From Octopus sinensis (taxonomy: Eukaryota), in contig NC_043013.1 of assembly GCF_006345805.1 (NCBI RefSeq), positions 42,594,001-42,658,000 of the forward strand: a stretch of DNA of 64,000 nucleotides. The letters run 5' to 3'. The first letter of the stretch is position 1; each line of letters begins with the position of its first letter. A program made the translations under genes and the position numbers. The notes beneath the pieces were generated by a model that was not told where the DNA came from, searched no databases, and saw only the letters and a list, made by a program, of their open reading frames with translations. Of this stretch, positions 13,111-27,362 are shown one piece after another.

Positions 13111-13511
13111 GGATTTTTACGGTTTGACCGGCAGTTTTTTAAAATAATTTCCACGTAACTAAACACTTTTAAACTTCATATACTGGTAGAATGTGTTTAT
13201 AAAACATCTTTTTCTCTTGGCTTTATTGAGAAAATTCTATAGTCTGTAAGATATTTGTTGTTTTTTTTTTCTGCAATTTCAACCAATCAATAACGTCTAT
13301 TGAGGTGAAAACATTCTGTACCGTATGAATATCTCCCTTGTTCAAGAAACAGATTGGGTTTATTTACATTTGTGAAGAAAAAAAGATACCCTTCCCCCCA
13401 CCGCTAACCCTAAAACAGATTGAAATACAATAGATCGATACTAGGGTCATTATGGGTGACAATTTCATATGACACCGCTACGAAAAACTGCCATTCAAAC
13501 CGTAAAGATCC
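13111..13511. mobile_element. MITE with GG..CC termini and 8-bp TSD (Merlin-like)
   Basis: TIR GGATTTTTACGGTTTGACCGGCAGTTTTT / AAAAACTGCCATTCAAACCGTAAAGATCC; perfect TSD ACATTACT (13103-13110, 13512-13519); superfamily is inferred. Confidence 0.85.
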
Positions 13512-14308
13512 ACATTACTTACTATTTTACCCACAAACAAAATGGAAGAGATAAAGTTTTGCCCAGCTTAGCAGACTGAAGCATTCTCAGTTGTTTGTAC
13601 TCTACTTACTCTTTAACTTGTTTCAGTCATTTGACTGCGGCCATTCTGGAATACGGCCTTTAGTCGAGCAGATCAACACCAGGAATTATCCCTTGTAAGC
13701 CTAGTACTTATTCTATCAGTCTCTTTTGCCGAACCGCTAAGTAACAGGGACGTAAACACACCAGCATCTGTTGTCAAGTGATGTTGGGGAGACAAACACA
13801 GACACACAAACATATACATACACACACACACACACACATATATATATACACACACACATACATATGTACGACGGGCTTCTTTCAGTTTCTGCCTACCAAA
13901 TCCACTCACAAGGCTTTGGTCAGCCCAAGGCTATAGTAGAAGACACTTGCCTAAGGTGCCACGCAGTAGGACTGAACCCGGAACCATGTGGTTGGTAAGC
14001 AAACAACTTACCACACAGCCACTCCTGTGCCTACTTGTTGAAAAATTATCATCATCATTGTTTCAACATTCACCTTTCAATGCTTGCAAGTCAGATGGAG
14101 TTTACCAAGGTGAATGCCTTCCCCGTTGCCAACCCTCATAAGTTTCCAAACAAAGTAATATTTCTTCAAAGCCAGATATGCTTTTGCAGAAGATATTGGA
14201 AAATGAACGACACTGCTTATATGACAGTGACACTCATCTACAATTAACATGCTATGTCGAGACAAGGAGACACAAACACACATATACAATGGTCTTCTTT
14301 TAGTTTCT

Positions 14309-14521
14309 TATTTCTTTATTGCCCACAAGGGGCTAAACAGAGGGGACAAACAAGGACAGACTAAGGGATTATGTCGATTACATCGACCCCAGTGTGTAAC
14401 TGGTACTTAATTTATAAAGGCAAAGTTGACCTCGGCGAATTTGAACTCAGAACGCAACAGCAGACAAAACACTGCTAAGCATTTCGCCCAGCATGCTAAC
14501 GTTTCTGCCAGCTCGCCGCTG
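14309..14521 (-). mobile_element. SINE family A copy nested in a family B copy
   Basis: 13-bp TSD TCTTTTAGTTTCT (14296-14308, 14522-14534). Confidence 0.85.
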
Positions 14522-14940
14522 TCTTTTAGTTTCTGCCAACCAAATCCATTCACAAAGCTTTTGTTAGCCTAGAGCTATGAAAGACAGTAGATCAAGGTGC
14601 CCAGAAGCAAGCTTCCTAACCACACAGCCATGTCAACATCTAACTATTTATGGTACAGTATAATAATTCCTAACAAGTCTTGAACTCATAAACTGCAGCA
14701 AAAACCTTATACCAGTTGTCTGTATAACTCACTGGACCCTTTCTCTTGGATTAGGTATTACAATCACACCATTAACTAAATGCTAACATAAAGACTTGGT
14801 CAGCCCTAAACTTTAGATGTTGATCACCCCAAAGACTGTTGGGGCAAATTAAAGAATTACTAGAGATCAAAATAACCAGGTAATCAATGTGAGTGCATTT
14901 TTGTTTTGATGCTTTTGTTTTTTTATTTTAAGACACTTAC

Positions 14941-15024
14941 CAAGTTCTTGTTTCAACTTTCGAACTTCTTCAAGTCTTTGGGAAAAGTCAGTGCCAGCTG
15001 TGCCATTTGCTATTTTAGAAGGAC
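14941..15024 (-). CDS. LMBR1: LMBR1 coding exon 10 (GPSKIANGTAGTDFSQRLEEVRKLKQEL)
   Basis: 84 nt, ataaag/gtaagt; coiled-coil loop, phase 1->1; acceptor position less certain than donor. Confidence 0.85.
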
Positions 15025-15959
15025 CTTTATAAATACAGAAAGACTGAGGTATTAAGGACTCGACCAACAGAGACGATAAATCAAAATTGGGGGGCTAACA
15101 GGTGTGTCATGACAAAAAAGGTAACTTAGCAGCAACACAAAATAAAATAGCTTGGGTTATCAAATGACCAACACAACAGTAACAAACACTCTAAAACAAC
15201 TTGAGCTGTCACACGACCAACATCACAATAATATACAAACAGGACAACTTGAGCCATCAGATGACCAATACAGTTATAGTGATTTTTGGTTACTGTTAGT
15301 GTAATGGTACTTTCATATGTTTCCTATTTGGAAATAGATAATAAATATATTTTACTTTTGAAGTAGGGATATATATTGATAAACCCGTCACTTATAACTT
15401 ACTAATAAGTGTTATCATTATACATAAATCCTGATTCCAGCTACATAAACGCCATAGCGAGAAATATATTCTCTGAAATGCTAACGGACATTTTATGCGT
15501 GCATGTATGTTGAAGATAAATGAATTTGTGTTCTTGTCATTGGTCACCAGCAAATACAACTCAGGAGAATGCATCATGGTTTTGCAAAGTGTTTTAGGTG
15601 CCTGTGTAGTCCTGAGCAGACAGCCTCTTTGCCCACCCACCCCTAACTCAGCAGAACATTCAGGATGTGACTGATGGAAGTAGAGAAAGCTGCACCAGCA
15701 CTAAGCTGGTATTCGTTTTTCAGTCAAGCACACTGGAGCAGCACGGAGTGCCTTGCTCAAGGGCACATTGCACTACTCAGTCCAAGAATGGAACCCATGA
15801 CCTTGTGATCATGAGGTCAACACCTTAACTGCTACATAGCAGTAACATAGAAGTTATGGCAGCTCGAACCCTAACATGACCAACAGAATAGTAATATACA
15901 AATTTCAAATGCTTGGACTTCAGAGGAAGCTGAAGAAATAACCAAACCAAGTTGCTTAC

Positions 15960-16044
15960 CACCCTTGGAATGTTTTATCTTGCGGAGTAGGTCTTCTTCA
16001 GTGAGTGTTGCCTGGAACAGATCCGAGTCGATATCATGGAGGAA
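15960..16044 (-). CDS. LMBR1: LMBR1 coding exon 9 (FLHDIDSDLFQATLTEEDLLRKIKHSKG)
   Basis: 85 nt, ctccag/gtaagc; corresponds to the ILEDLDEQ...LEEEAL region; phase 0->1. Confidence 0.92.
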
Positions 16045-16529
16045 CTGGAGAAAAAGACAAAAGCAAGAGGGAAGAATCAATACTAAAGTCATGGAAGAGT
16101 CCATATTACAGTTATGTAAGTTCTCTTAAAGTACTAAGCAATCTGTGAGAAACTTGTCATTGGATTACCCTGTGGTACCTAGTACTGGTGGGTTTACTAG
16201 CATCAGTAGAGAATTTCATACATGCATGTTCACACACTCACTGCTGCATGTTTTCCTTATCACTAGATGTGTCCAGTGCATGAACCAGCTTTCAGGAGTT
16301 ACTTCAACCAGCTATTTTAGATTCATCAAAATCCATGCCATCTCAATTGAGAAAAAAAAGATCCCACGTTGGACAGATTTTATATCATCAACTGCAGATA
16401 CAGGTTGACTTTGAAGTAGAGTATGAGGTAAGAGAGTAGACTCCTTTGAGACAGTTTTGTAAGACAGTGGAAGCAAACTTAGTATTATGCCTTCCATATA
16501 GCAGCATCAATGGTATTGTCAAGGGAACT

Positions 16530-16763
16530 TATCTATTTCTTTACTACCCACAAGGGGCTAAACATAGAGGGGACAAACAAAGGGATGAAGTCGATTACAT
16601 TGACCCCAGTGTGTAACTGGTACTTTATTTATCGACCCCGAAAGGATGAAAGGCAAAGTCGACCTCGGCGGAATTTGAACTCAGAACGTAATGACAGACG
16701 AAATACCGCAAAGCATTTCGCCCGGCGTGCTAACGGTTCTGCCAGCTTGCCGCCTTATAATTT
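16530..16763 (-). mobile_element. SINE family A copy
   Basis: TSD AAGGGAACT on both sides; close match to other full copies. Confidence 0.85.
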
Positions 16764-17113
16764 AAGGGAACTAATAATTTTAACCCTTTTTTGATATCAA
16801 CCCATATGAGACCAATCCAAGTTCTATGAAACAAATTTTGTTTTAAATTGATTTAAATTTAAACTCTCCATCAAAATTTCATGTTAATATATGTTCCAAT
16901 CACCAGCTGAATAATGACAAAGCTATGTTGGGAAATTCATCATATTCAAAACTGATTGAAATGTAAAGTGTGTTTCAATAGAAATATGGTAACAAAAGGG
17001 TTATAAAGTTATGTAGTTCTCTATTTTAACCCTACTGTACTTTACATTCAGGGAAATCTAACATGCTAATGCCACCCCTAACAATCCAAACATAAAACAA
17101 ACTTTGTACAGAC

Positions 17114-17178
17114 CTGTGGTTTCACAACTAGCTGTCCCATAACGGTGAACATCCGAGCAAATCCGACAGGAGTGCACA
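17114..17178 (-). CDS. LMBR1: LMBR1 coding exon 8 (LCTPVGFARMFTVMGQLVVKPQ)
   Basis: 65 nt, ctgcag/gtctgt; CTPVG..RMFTVMGQL.VKP motif. Confidence 0.97.
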
Positions 17179-17496
17179 CTGCAGGAGAGAAAAGGTAAGA
17201 AACAGATGAATCAACATTCAATTAGATATTAAAAGTATTACAATCACAAGTAAGAATTTAATGAAGTGTAAGAACAAAGTCTTAGAAAACAAAAAAATAC
17301 CAAGTCAGTTGATATGGATTTTGAGGTGTGGGGGCTGTCAGACAAGGTTGACCATACAGCTGTACATGTATGCAGAGGACTGGGTAAGTTTTTTTTTTTT
17401 TTTGAGGAAGGCAAGCAGTTGCCATGCATGCAAATCTTCCCTCTCCATGCCACTGGTGTTTATCCAAGGGAAATAACAGATACATCTTGGCATACC

Positions 17497-17726
17497 TATT
17501 TCTTTACAATCCACAAGGGGCTAAACACAGAGAGGAAAAACAAGAACAAACGGATTAAGCCAATTATATCGACCCAGTGTGTAACTGGTACTTATTTAAT
17601 CGACCCCGAAAGGATGAAAGGCAAAGTCGACCTCGGCGGAATTTGAACTCAGAACGTAGTGGCAGACGAAATATCGCTAAGCATTTCGCCTGGCGTGCCA
17701 ACCTTTCTGCCAGCTCACCGCCTTAG
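17497..17726 (-). mobile_element. SINE family A copy nested in a decayed family D copy
   Basis: 14-bp TSD CATCTTGGCATACC (17483-17496, 17727-17740). Confidence 0.88.
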
Positions 17727-18813
17727 CATCTTGGCATACCAGTTGATCTCAGGCATTGCTGTCAGAACACAAAGTGTTTGATATGATGCCACAAGGAAAC
17801 CTCACCTGGTTCTCCAATAGTTCTACCAATCCATTTAACCTGGATTGCTAACCTTTTTATTGACCTCCGCCCAAAGAGACAAAGCTGACCTGCATAGGAT
17901 CTGAACTCAGAATGCAGAGAGTCACAACCAATACTGCAAGGATACTAACAATTCTGCCAACTGAGCACTTTTATCCCTCAGTAAGCTGATTAACCTCTTA
18001 GCATTTAAATCAACCATATCCAACCCAAATATTCTATGTTCAAACTGGCCAGATCTGGCCTCGCATACCTAGCCTACATTGTCATTCCAAAATTAAACAA
18101 TTACATCATCAAAAGCTCAGAGCTACCAGATAATTACATGATTAATTCAAAATAATGTAAATAAATAAGCATTACATTTGACAGAATCAATCTGAAAGTA
18201 AAAGGCTATAGTAGAAGACACTTGTCCAAGGTGCCATGCAGTGGGACTGAACCTGGAGCCATGTAGTTGGTAAGCAAGCTACTTACCACACAGCCACTCC
18301 TGCGCCTGTATACAATAGTTCTGATATAAATAACATACTACTCACAAAGCAGATTTTACAATTGTTAACAGAGGAGTAACAATAATACCCACAATGGTTT
18401 AAAATGTTGACACAAGGCCAGGAATTTTAAGAGAGGAGTGTATGTTGATCACATCAGCCATAGTGGTCAACTGGTGTTTAACTGACCCCGAAAAGATGAA
18501 AGGCAAAGTCAACCATGGCAGAATCTGAATAAAGAACATGAAGAGTGGAAGAAATGCCGCTAAGCATTTTGTCCAACTCAATAATGAATCTACCAGTACG
18601 TTGCCTTGACAACAATAATCACACAGCAGAGCCAGCAACAGTTTGAAACAGGAGTAACAATGATACTCCCAATATATATATTTAACATGCTAACTCACAA
18701 AACAGATTTAACCCTTTTGTTACCGTATGTCTGTTAACATATGCTGGTTTTGTTTCAATTAATTTCTTAAATTATGAAGAATTTAGTAAAATAACTTTCT
18801 AATTATTAAGCTT

Positions 18814-19105
18814 TGGAGGCGCAAAGGCCCAGTGGTTAGGGCAGTGGACTCACGGTTTCGATTCCCAGACCGGGCGTTGTGTGTGTTTATTGAGCAAAAA
18901 CACCTAAAGCTCCACGAGGCTCCAGCAGGGGGTAATGGTGACCCCTATTGTACTCTTTCGCGCCAACTTTCTCTCACTCTTTCTTCCTGTTTCTTGAGTA
19001 ACACTGCGATGGACTGGTGTCCCGTCCAGCTGGGGGGAACACATATGCCATAGAAACCAGGAAACCAGGCCCATGAGCCTGGCTAGGCTTGAAAAGGGCA
19101 CATAA
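18814..19105 (+). mobile_element. SINE family E (tRNA-derived); relative on the minus strand at ~52325-52572
   Basis: tRNA-like head GGCCCAGTGGTTAGGG...TTCGATTCCC; shared tail CCCGTCCAGCTGGGG...CATGAGCCTGGCTAGGCTT. Confidence 0.75.
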
Positions 19106-19257
19106 AATCTTGAAGCAAGATTATAATTTAGACCACTTTAAAACAGCAAGTTTATGTTATAGAATTTGGGGCTGTCTCAGGCATGTTGGTATCAAAAGGT
19201 TTAACAACTGGTTTCACAGGAGTAACAACAATTCGTAAAAGAAGCAATAATACTCAC

Positions 19258-19326
19258 ACAGTAGTGCCAATACTCCCAGGAAAGATATGCATGAGTAGAG
19301 ATATGGTAGGTAGATATACCACACAT
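19258..19326 (-). CDS. LMBR1: LMBR1 coding exon 7 (DVWYIYLPYLYSCISFLGVLALL)
   Basis: 69 nt, tttcag/gtgagt; YLPYLYSCIS motif. Confidence 0.96.
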
Positions 19327-19644
19327 CTGAAATATATTAACAAGGACATTATAAATATATTAGTAAGGATATAGCATGTATCAGTGTGTAGGTATGCATG
19401 TGTAGAGATATACCACATACCTGAGAGAGAAAGAGACTAAGAGAGAGTGTGTGTGCGGATACAATCTGTGTGTAAAAATGTTATGTATGTATGCGAGAAC
19501 AAGTGTGAATGTTTTCAATATGAGGCATGTAGTCAACTGGTATAGTTGGTACATTATCTTACATAAGGATACATTTGGGTGTCTGCTCATTCAAATGCAT
19601 GTGCATTCATAGTGAATACACATCCTTAATGATGATATAGTTTT

Positions 19645-20120
19645 GACTGCGATTATAGGCTGAGTCAGAAGTCAGAATTAAAGGTTGTGTAGGAGTGAAG
19701 ATAATAGAATAAGAAAGTGTTTGAAATTATAAACAGAGACAGAAGCCGAGATTACAAACTGTGGCTTTGGTCAGGATTAAAAATTGGGACAAAGGATAAA
19801 AAACTGGGCTTATAGGCTGAGGCAGAGGCCAGGCTTATAGGCTGTTGTGGAAGCTAATCTTTTAAGGCTATTGTAGAGGCCAGGCTTATAGACTGTTGTA
19901 AAAGCCAGGCTTATAGGTTGTTGGAAAAGCCAAGATTATGGGCTGAAGCAGAGGTCTGGATTATGAGCCAAGATAAAGATCAGAATCATTAACTATAGTA
20001 GATGTCAGGGTTATAAGGACAAAGGTCAGCATCATAAACTGGAATAAAGAGTGAACTTAATGACTGAGACAGAAGTCAAGATGAAAGACTGGAGCAGATT
20101 TGAATCAGGATTAATGACTA
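19645..20120. repeat. Degenerate ~24-25-bp tandem array (GGCCAGGCTTATAGGCTGTTGTAGA-like)
   Basis: Periodic TTATAGGCTG/ATTATG cores, best preserved at 19805-19970. Confidence 0.75.
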
Positions 20121-21609
20121 TGAAAGATACAATCATACAAAACATTTTAAATTTGCTTAATACACATTTGCCTTTTGTTGACCAAAGACAAATATTAAAT
20201 ATAGCCTTACTTGCACAAAGAAAAACTCCAACCCTTGATGGGGGTCACCAGCCTTAAATACACACAATCTGGTGCCACCATATAAACGTCGTCATCATCA
20301 TCAATCAACCTTAGAACATTACTGCTTTGAGTGGACCACCATAACATTCCTCCCTGAATGGGATACCAGTCCTTTGCAAGGTTACTTATTTATAGTTATA
20401 TGGATTGGAGCAGCCTGAAATTAAGCACTTTATCTTTTATTTCAATCATTAGGCTGCAACCATTCTGCCTTAAAAAACTTTTAGTCAAAAAAAAAAAAAA
20501 GTGTTTTTTATCCTTATTTTATTTATATTTTTAGCCTGGTACTTATTCTATTGGTGTCTTTTGCCAAACTGCTAAGTTACAGGGATGTAAACACACCAAC
20601 ACCAGTTGTCAAGTGGTGGGAGTAGAAGTGACAAACACAGACATTGGATGGTAGGAAGGGCATCCAGCTGTAAAAACTGTGCCGAAACAGACACAGAAGT
20701 ATGGTGCAGGGTTCTGCTCGGTCAGCTCCTGTTACATCATCTAACCCATGCCAACATAGAAGGAAGACATTAAATGATTTTATATATATATATATAATGA
20801 TGGGCTTCTTTCAGTTTCCGTCTATCAAATCAACTCACAAGGATTTGGTCAGCCCCGAGTCTATAGTAGAAGACACTTTACCCAGTGGGACTGAACCCAG
20901 AACCGTATGGTTGGGAAGTAAGCTTCTTACCACACATGCACTGCAGGAAACTGGAACTATGATCTTGTGAATCTGAGTGCAACACCCTTCACCTTCATAC
21001 ATTAGCACCCTAAAAACATCCAACCCACTGCTCCCTGCCCTACATTTCCACGGGTTCCACTGCTATATAAAAATTTTTTTAAATAAAATAAATACAGATT
21101 TAGTGCTGAGAGACTATAGTTTTGTATACAATTAATTGACAATATTCACGATGACCTTTGACTGAGGTCAAATTGATAACAACTAGGGTGGGAATGGAAT
21201 CGGGGGTGAAGGTGGTGGATCTCTGAATCAGATAATCATTTCTAATTTTGACACAGAGACAAATTTTTTGGTGCCATTCTTGGTCAACAGGCTTAATCTG
21301 TCACCTGGTTTAACTCTTTTAGTGCTAACCTACCCAAGACTGCCCACGGTTCCATGAGACAATTTTCCCGTTTCACAGTGATCTAACATAAAACCCTCCA
21401 TCAAAATTCCAAATCAATTCAGGTTCCAAACACCAGCTTAATAACCTTTTCTACTGTAGGAACAGGGCCTGAAATTTGGGGCAGGGGACTAATCGATTAC
21501 ATCAACCCCAGTACTCAACTGGTACTTATTTTATTTTAAAATGTGAAGACTGATGAAATACTGCTAAGCATTTTGCCTGGCATGCTAACAATTCTGCCAA
21601 CTCACCATC

Positions 21610-21656
<47 letters not shown>

Positions 21657-23575
21657 CCATTCTACTAAAGGCACAAAGAGGGAAATTTCAGAGAAGGGAC
21701 TAGTCAATCACATCAACCCCAGTACTCAATTGGTACTTATTTTATCGACCCCCAAAAGAATAGAAGGCAAAGTCAACCTCGGTGGAATTCAAACTCAAAA
21801 TGTGAAGACTGATAAAATACTGCTAAGTATTTTGCCCAGTAAGCTAACGATTCTGCCAGCTTGCTACCTTAATAATAATAATAATAATAATCCATTCTAC
21901 TAAAGGCACAAAGAGGGAAATTTCAGAGAAGGGACTAGTCAATTACATCAACCCTAGTGTTTCACTGGTACTTAATTTATCAACCCTGAAAGGATGAAAG
22001 CCAAAAGGGTTTTCCAAGATAATATTTACATGCTGTTATTTAAAGTTTTATATGTACTTCAGGATCCAATTCCAAAAAGCAACTACACACACGCTGTTTA
22101 ACAGTGTGTGTTTAGGAAGGCCATCAGGCCAAAGGAATTATGCCAAAGCAGGTACTGTGGCTCAGTGCAGTATTCTGACTTCACATCCTGTTGAACCATC
22201 CAATCCACAGCAGCATGGAAGAGGAGCACTTAACAGTGATGATGATTACATACATATATCAGACTGGAGCTGGGTACAGGTCTCTGGCTTACCAGTCTTG
22301 GTCAAACCTTCTAACCCATGCCAGCATAGAAAACGGACATTAAATGATGATGAAGATATGTATATATGTGGTACAGCCTGGGTGTGGAACCCAAGTTTCA
22401 AATCTCAATACATTATTCAATTACATTTCATAACACCTCTTATATTTTCGCGGGGTTCCACTATTTCCCTTCTCTCTCTCCCTCTTTTACGTTGTCTGCC
22501 ATCCCCCCTCTTCCTTTGCTAAGAGCATTTTTAAGCCAGCCCGTCATATTCCCGGTGCACCCGCCCTTGCCCACCCCCACCACCAATACCGGATATCTCT
22601 ATATTTTTGCTCCATCTATACCGGATGTCGCTTCTCCCACCACCATTATAGGTGTCTACTCTTCGAACCCCCCTCTTCAATACGCTATTTGACCATGCAT
22701 TACCCCTATCTTGATATCCTACGTTCTACTTGCCTAGAACCTGTCATCATTTCTCTGAACCACCCCTCCCCACTGGTGCTCCCCTATATTTCTCCCCCCC
22801 CCACATAAAAAGCACCATCCGAACGTGGCCGATGCCAGACCCCTCTGGCACCTGTGCAGGTGGCACGTAAAAAACACCCACTACACTCGCGGAGTGGTTG
22901 GCGTTAGGAAGGGCATCCAGCTGTAGAAACACTGCCAGACTAGACTGGAGCCTGGGGCAGTCCCGAGCTCCCCAGACCCCGGTCGAAACCGTCCAACCCG
23001 TGCTAGCGCGGAAAACGGACGTTGAATGATGATGATGATGATGATGATATATATATATACACCATGAATGTAGGTTTATGTAAATTTGGTGCTTATTCAG
23101 GTCTCACATGACATGTAACAGTTTCAACTTAAAGAGTATTCCAATTTCCACCAAAACCAAATTTGCCTCTTTACATATTCACTTCACTTAGCCAACGACA
23201 AAAAAAAAAAAAAAAATTAAATTTCTGATTTTTACACATTTGTTTTATCCTCACCTACACCCTTCACTAACACAACCCTTTTTTTTTTACCCTTTAGCAT
23301 TCAGATTACTCTGTCAAATCTAATACTTATTTATTCACATTCTTTTGAATTATTCATGTAGCTAAGAAATTTCAATAATGTGATTGCTAATTATTAGAAC
23401 GACATTGTAGGATAGGTGCAAGAAGCTAAATGTGGCCAGTTTGGATATAAAACAAGTAGAATATTTTGGTAAAATATGGCCAAATTAAATACTAAAGGAT
23501 TAAACCCTTTCTTTACTTGAAATATTTCAGATAAAGGATTATCAACTCCCAGTAAGACTGAATTATTATATAACA

Positions 23576-23911
23576 GTGAAGGCGCATGGCTCAGTGGTTA
23601 GAGCGTCGAGCTTACAATCGTGAGGTTGTGAGTTTGAATCCCGGACCGGGCTGCGTGTTGTGTTCATGAGCAAGACACTTTATTTCACGTTGCTCCAGTT
23701 CACTCAGCTGTAGAAATGAGTTGCGACGTCACAGGTGCCAAGCTGTATCGGCCTTTGCCTTTCCCTTGGATAACACTGGTGGCGTGGAGAGGGGAAGCCG
23801 GTATGCATGGACGACTGCTGGTCTTCCATAAACAACCTTGCCCAGACTTGTGCCTGGGAGGGTAACTTTCTAGGTGCAATCCCACGGTCAGTCATGACTG
23901 AAGGGGGTCTC
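23576..23911 (+). mobile_element. SINE family D copy
   Basis: Collinear and highly similar to 62655-62990. Confidence 0.88.
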
Positions 23912-24522
23912 AATATTATATATGTAATTATTTTTCTTAAAGCATTTTGCTAGATGTATAGCAAATTTTTGTAGGAAATGGATAGAGTATACTAAATCCA
24001 TTTTAGTCTATTTTCCATTCGTCTGGAGTCACATACTCAAGTGAGATTTGAAATTGCAATGTAACAAGATATGACATTATTCTTGCTCATACACTAAACT
24101 ATTACAACCACCACGCCTGAAATTACTACAACCACTGTCATTACTACTACTCCTTGCCTTCACTCCCAGGCAGACCACCAGTGCCTGACCTTCAGCAGGA
24201 CCTCCCGAGCATGCATCGGCCAGAGGCACTGGGACCCATCTTCACTAACACAATCCTGCCAATATTACTACTACTACTACAATAGCTCACCACCTTAATA
24301 ATAATAATAATAATCCTTTCTACTATAGGCACAAGGCCTGAAATTTGTGGGGAGGGGTAAGTCAATCACATCAACCCCAGTACTTGACTGGTACTTAGTT
24401 TATCGACCCTGAAAGGATGAAAGGCAAAGTTGACGTCAGCGGAATTTGAACTCAGAACATACTGATGAAATGCCGCTAAGCATTTTGCCCAACAGCCTAA
24501 TGATTCTGCCAGCTCACCACCT

Positions 24523-24564
<42 letters not shown>

Positions 24565-25164
24565 CCTTGTTACTGAAGGTAAAAGGTTTGAAATTTGGGG
24601 AGAAGGGACTAGTCAATTAGATCAACCCCAGTGTTTCACTGGTGCTTAATTTATCGACCCCCAGAAGGATGAAAGGCAAAGTCAACCATGGCAGAATTTG
24701 AACTCAGGACATAAAGACAGGAGAAATACCGCTAAGCATTTTGCCTGGTGTGCTAATGGTTCTGCCAGCTTGCTGCCTTAATAATAATAATGATAAATGC
24801 AAATGAAAAAAAAAAAAAAAGAAAAACTGCCATTCCAAACAAAAAAGAAAAGAGACATTTTAGTAGTTACTTTCAAGAGGTTTGGAATATAAATAGCACT
24901 GAAATACTAGAACAATCTAGAAAGAAAGCAAAATAAATTTCTAAATAACAACAAAAACTAACCACAACAAACTCAAGAAAAAAATGGTTAATGTTCTAGA
25001 AACAAGTGGCTTATATAGAAATTGTTGACATTATGTAAAACAATGCCCATACATTCATGCACACACACACACACACACACACAATACAGGGCAAAAACTA
25101 AGAGGTGTTTGTAAACTGGCACTATACGAGTTCCATACATACTTAATGAACACACACACACAAA

Positions 25165-26312
<1,148 letters not shown>

Positions 26313-26386
26313 AATAATTAATAAATTTTTCCCTTATGAGGTTTTTCACGCTAACTACTTGATAAATTCTTATAAAGATTTTATCC

Positions 26387-26438
<52 letters not shown>

Positions 26439-26554
26439 TACAGAGTATGAGGAATATTTGAGGACACTCTACAGTGTATTACTCTCTTCAAACCAATTTA
26501 AAGCTTTTGATTGCTTTCAGAAACTCCATAACAAATAAAATATGAACACAAGAA

Positions 26555-27362
26555 ATGAAAAGACATGCAGTTATTGTTGCCAGGCCTATATAACATAATG
26601 ATTTAGAAATTGCAAACTTCTTAAATGTTGCAAGATTTTTTTTGTACAAAGATCAGCGGGAATTGGAAACCTCTGGCAGGAATGTTTCAGCTGTATAAAA
26701 GAGAAAAATATATTCAAACACTATAAGAACATGGCAATTTATCAAATGAGTTTAAAGCCTTATTGATGGTAAACCCAGAAAATCAAGAGCCATCACCAAA
26801 GAACTTCAGGTGTCTGAATGAACCATCAGAACTGTGAGGACATATGATGAGATGTGCTGAGGCCAATTCATGTCAGCAAAGTCACAAGAAAATTGATTTG
26901 ATCTATGCCAAGTAGTTACTTAACAAGGCTTGGAAAACCCTCACAAACATGGCATGCTTTGGTTCTTCTCTGATGAGAAAAACTTCAACCAAGAAAGACT
27001 ATAAGTCTAACAGCAGAACGACAGATGGTTATGTGTAGATCTTTCCAATGTCCCCAGAGTTATACACATTAAGTTTCCAGCAACTGTGATGGTTTTAGGA
27101 GAGGTGAGTAATGAATGTCATGTCATGCCAACTCACATCTTTCTACAAAGTCTTAGAATTAATGCTTTTGGATACGCATTGAGATGCTGCAAACAGTTGT
27201 TAAGCCCTGAATGGATGACATAAAAGGCCACATGTTTCAACAAGACTCAGCACCCTCTCACAAAGACTAAGTATATCTAAGAATGGATGTCAGACAATCC
27301 TTATGATTATGTAACAAATGTGTGGTCTCTAAACTTGCCAGATTTAAACCTCATGGACAACA
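26555..27362 (+). pseudogene. Decayed Tc1/mariner-superfamily transposase (maT/DD37D-like)
   Basis: MKRHAVIV start; WFFSDEKNF, KFPATVMVLG, FQQDSAPSH, W..N.PDLN.MD motifs; many frameshifts; 3' end lost in (CA)n. Confidence 0.8.
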
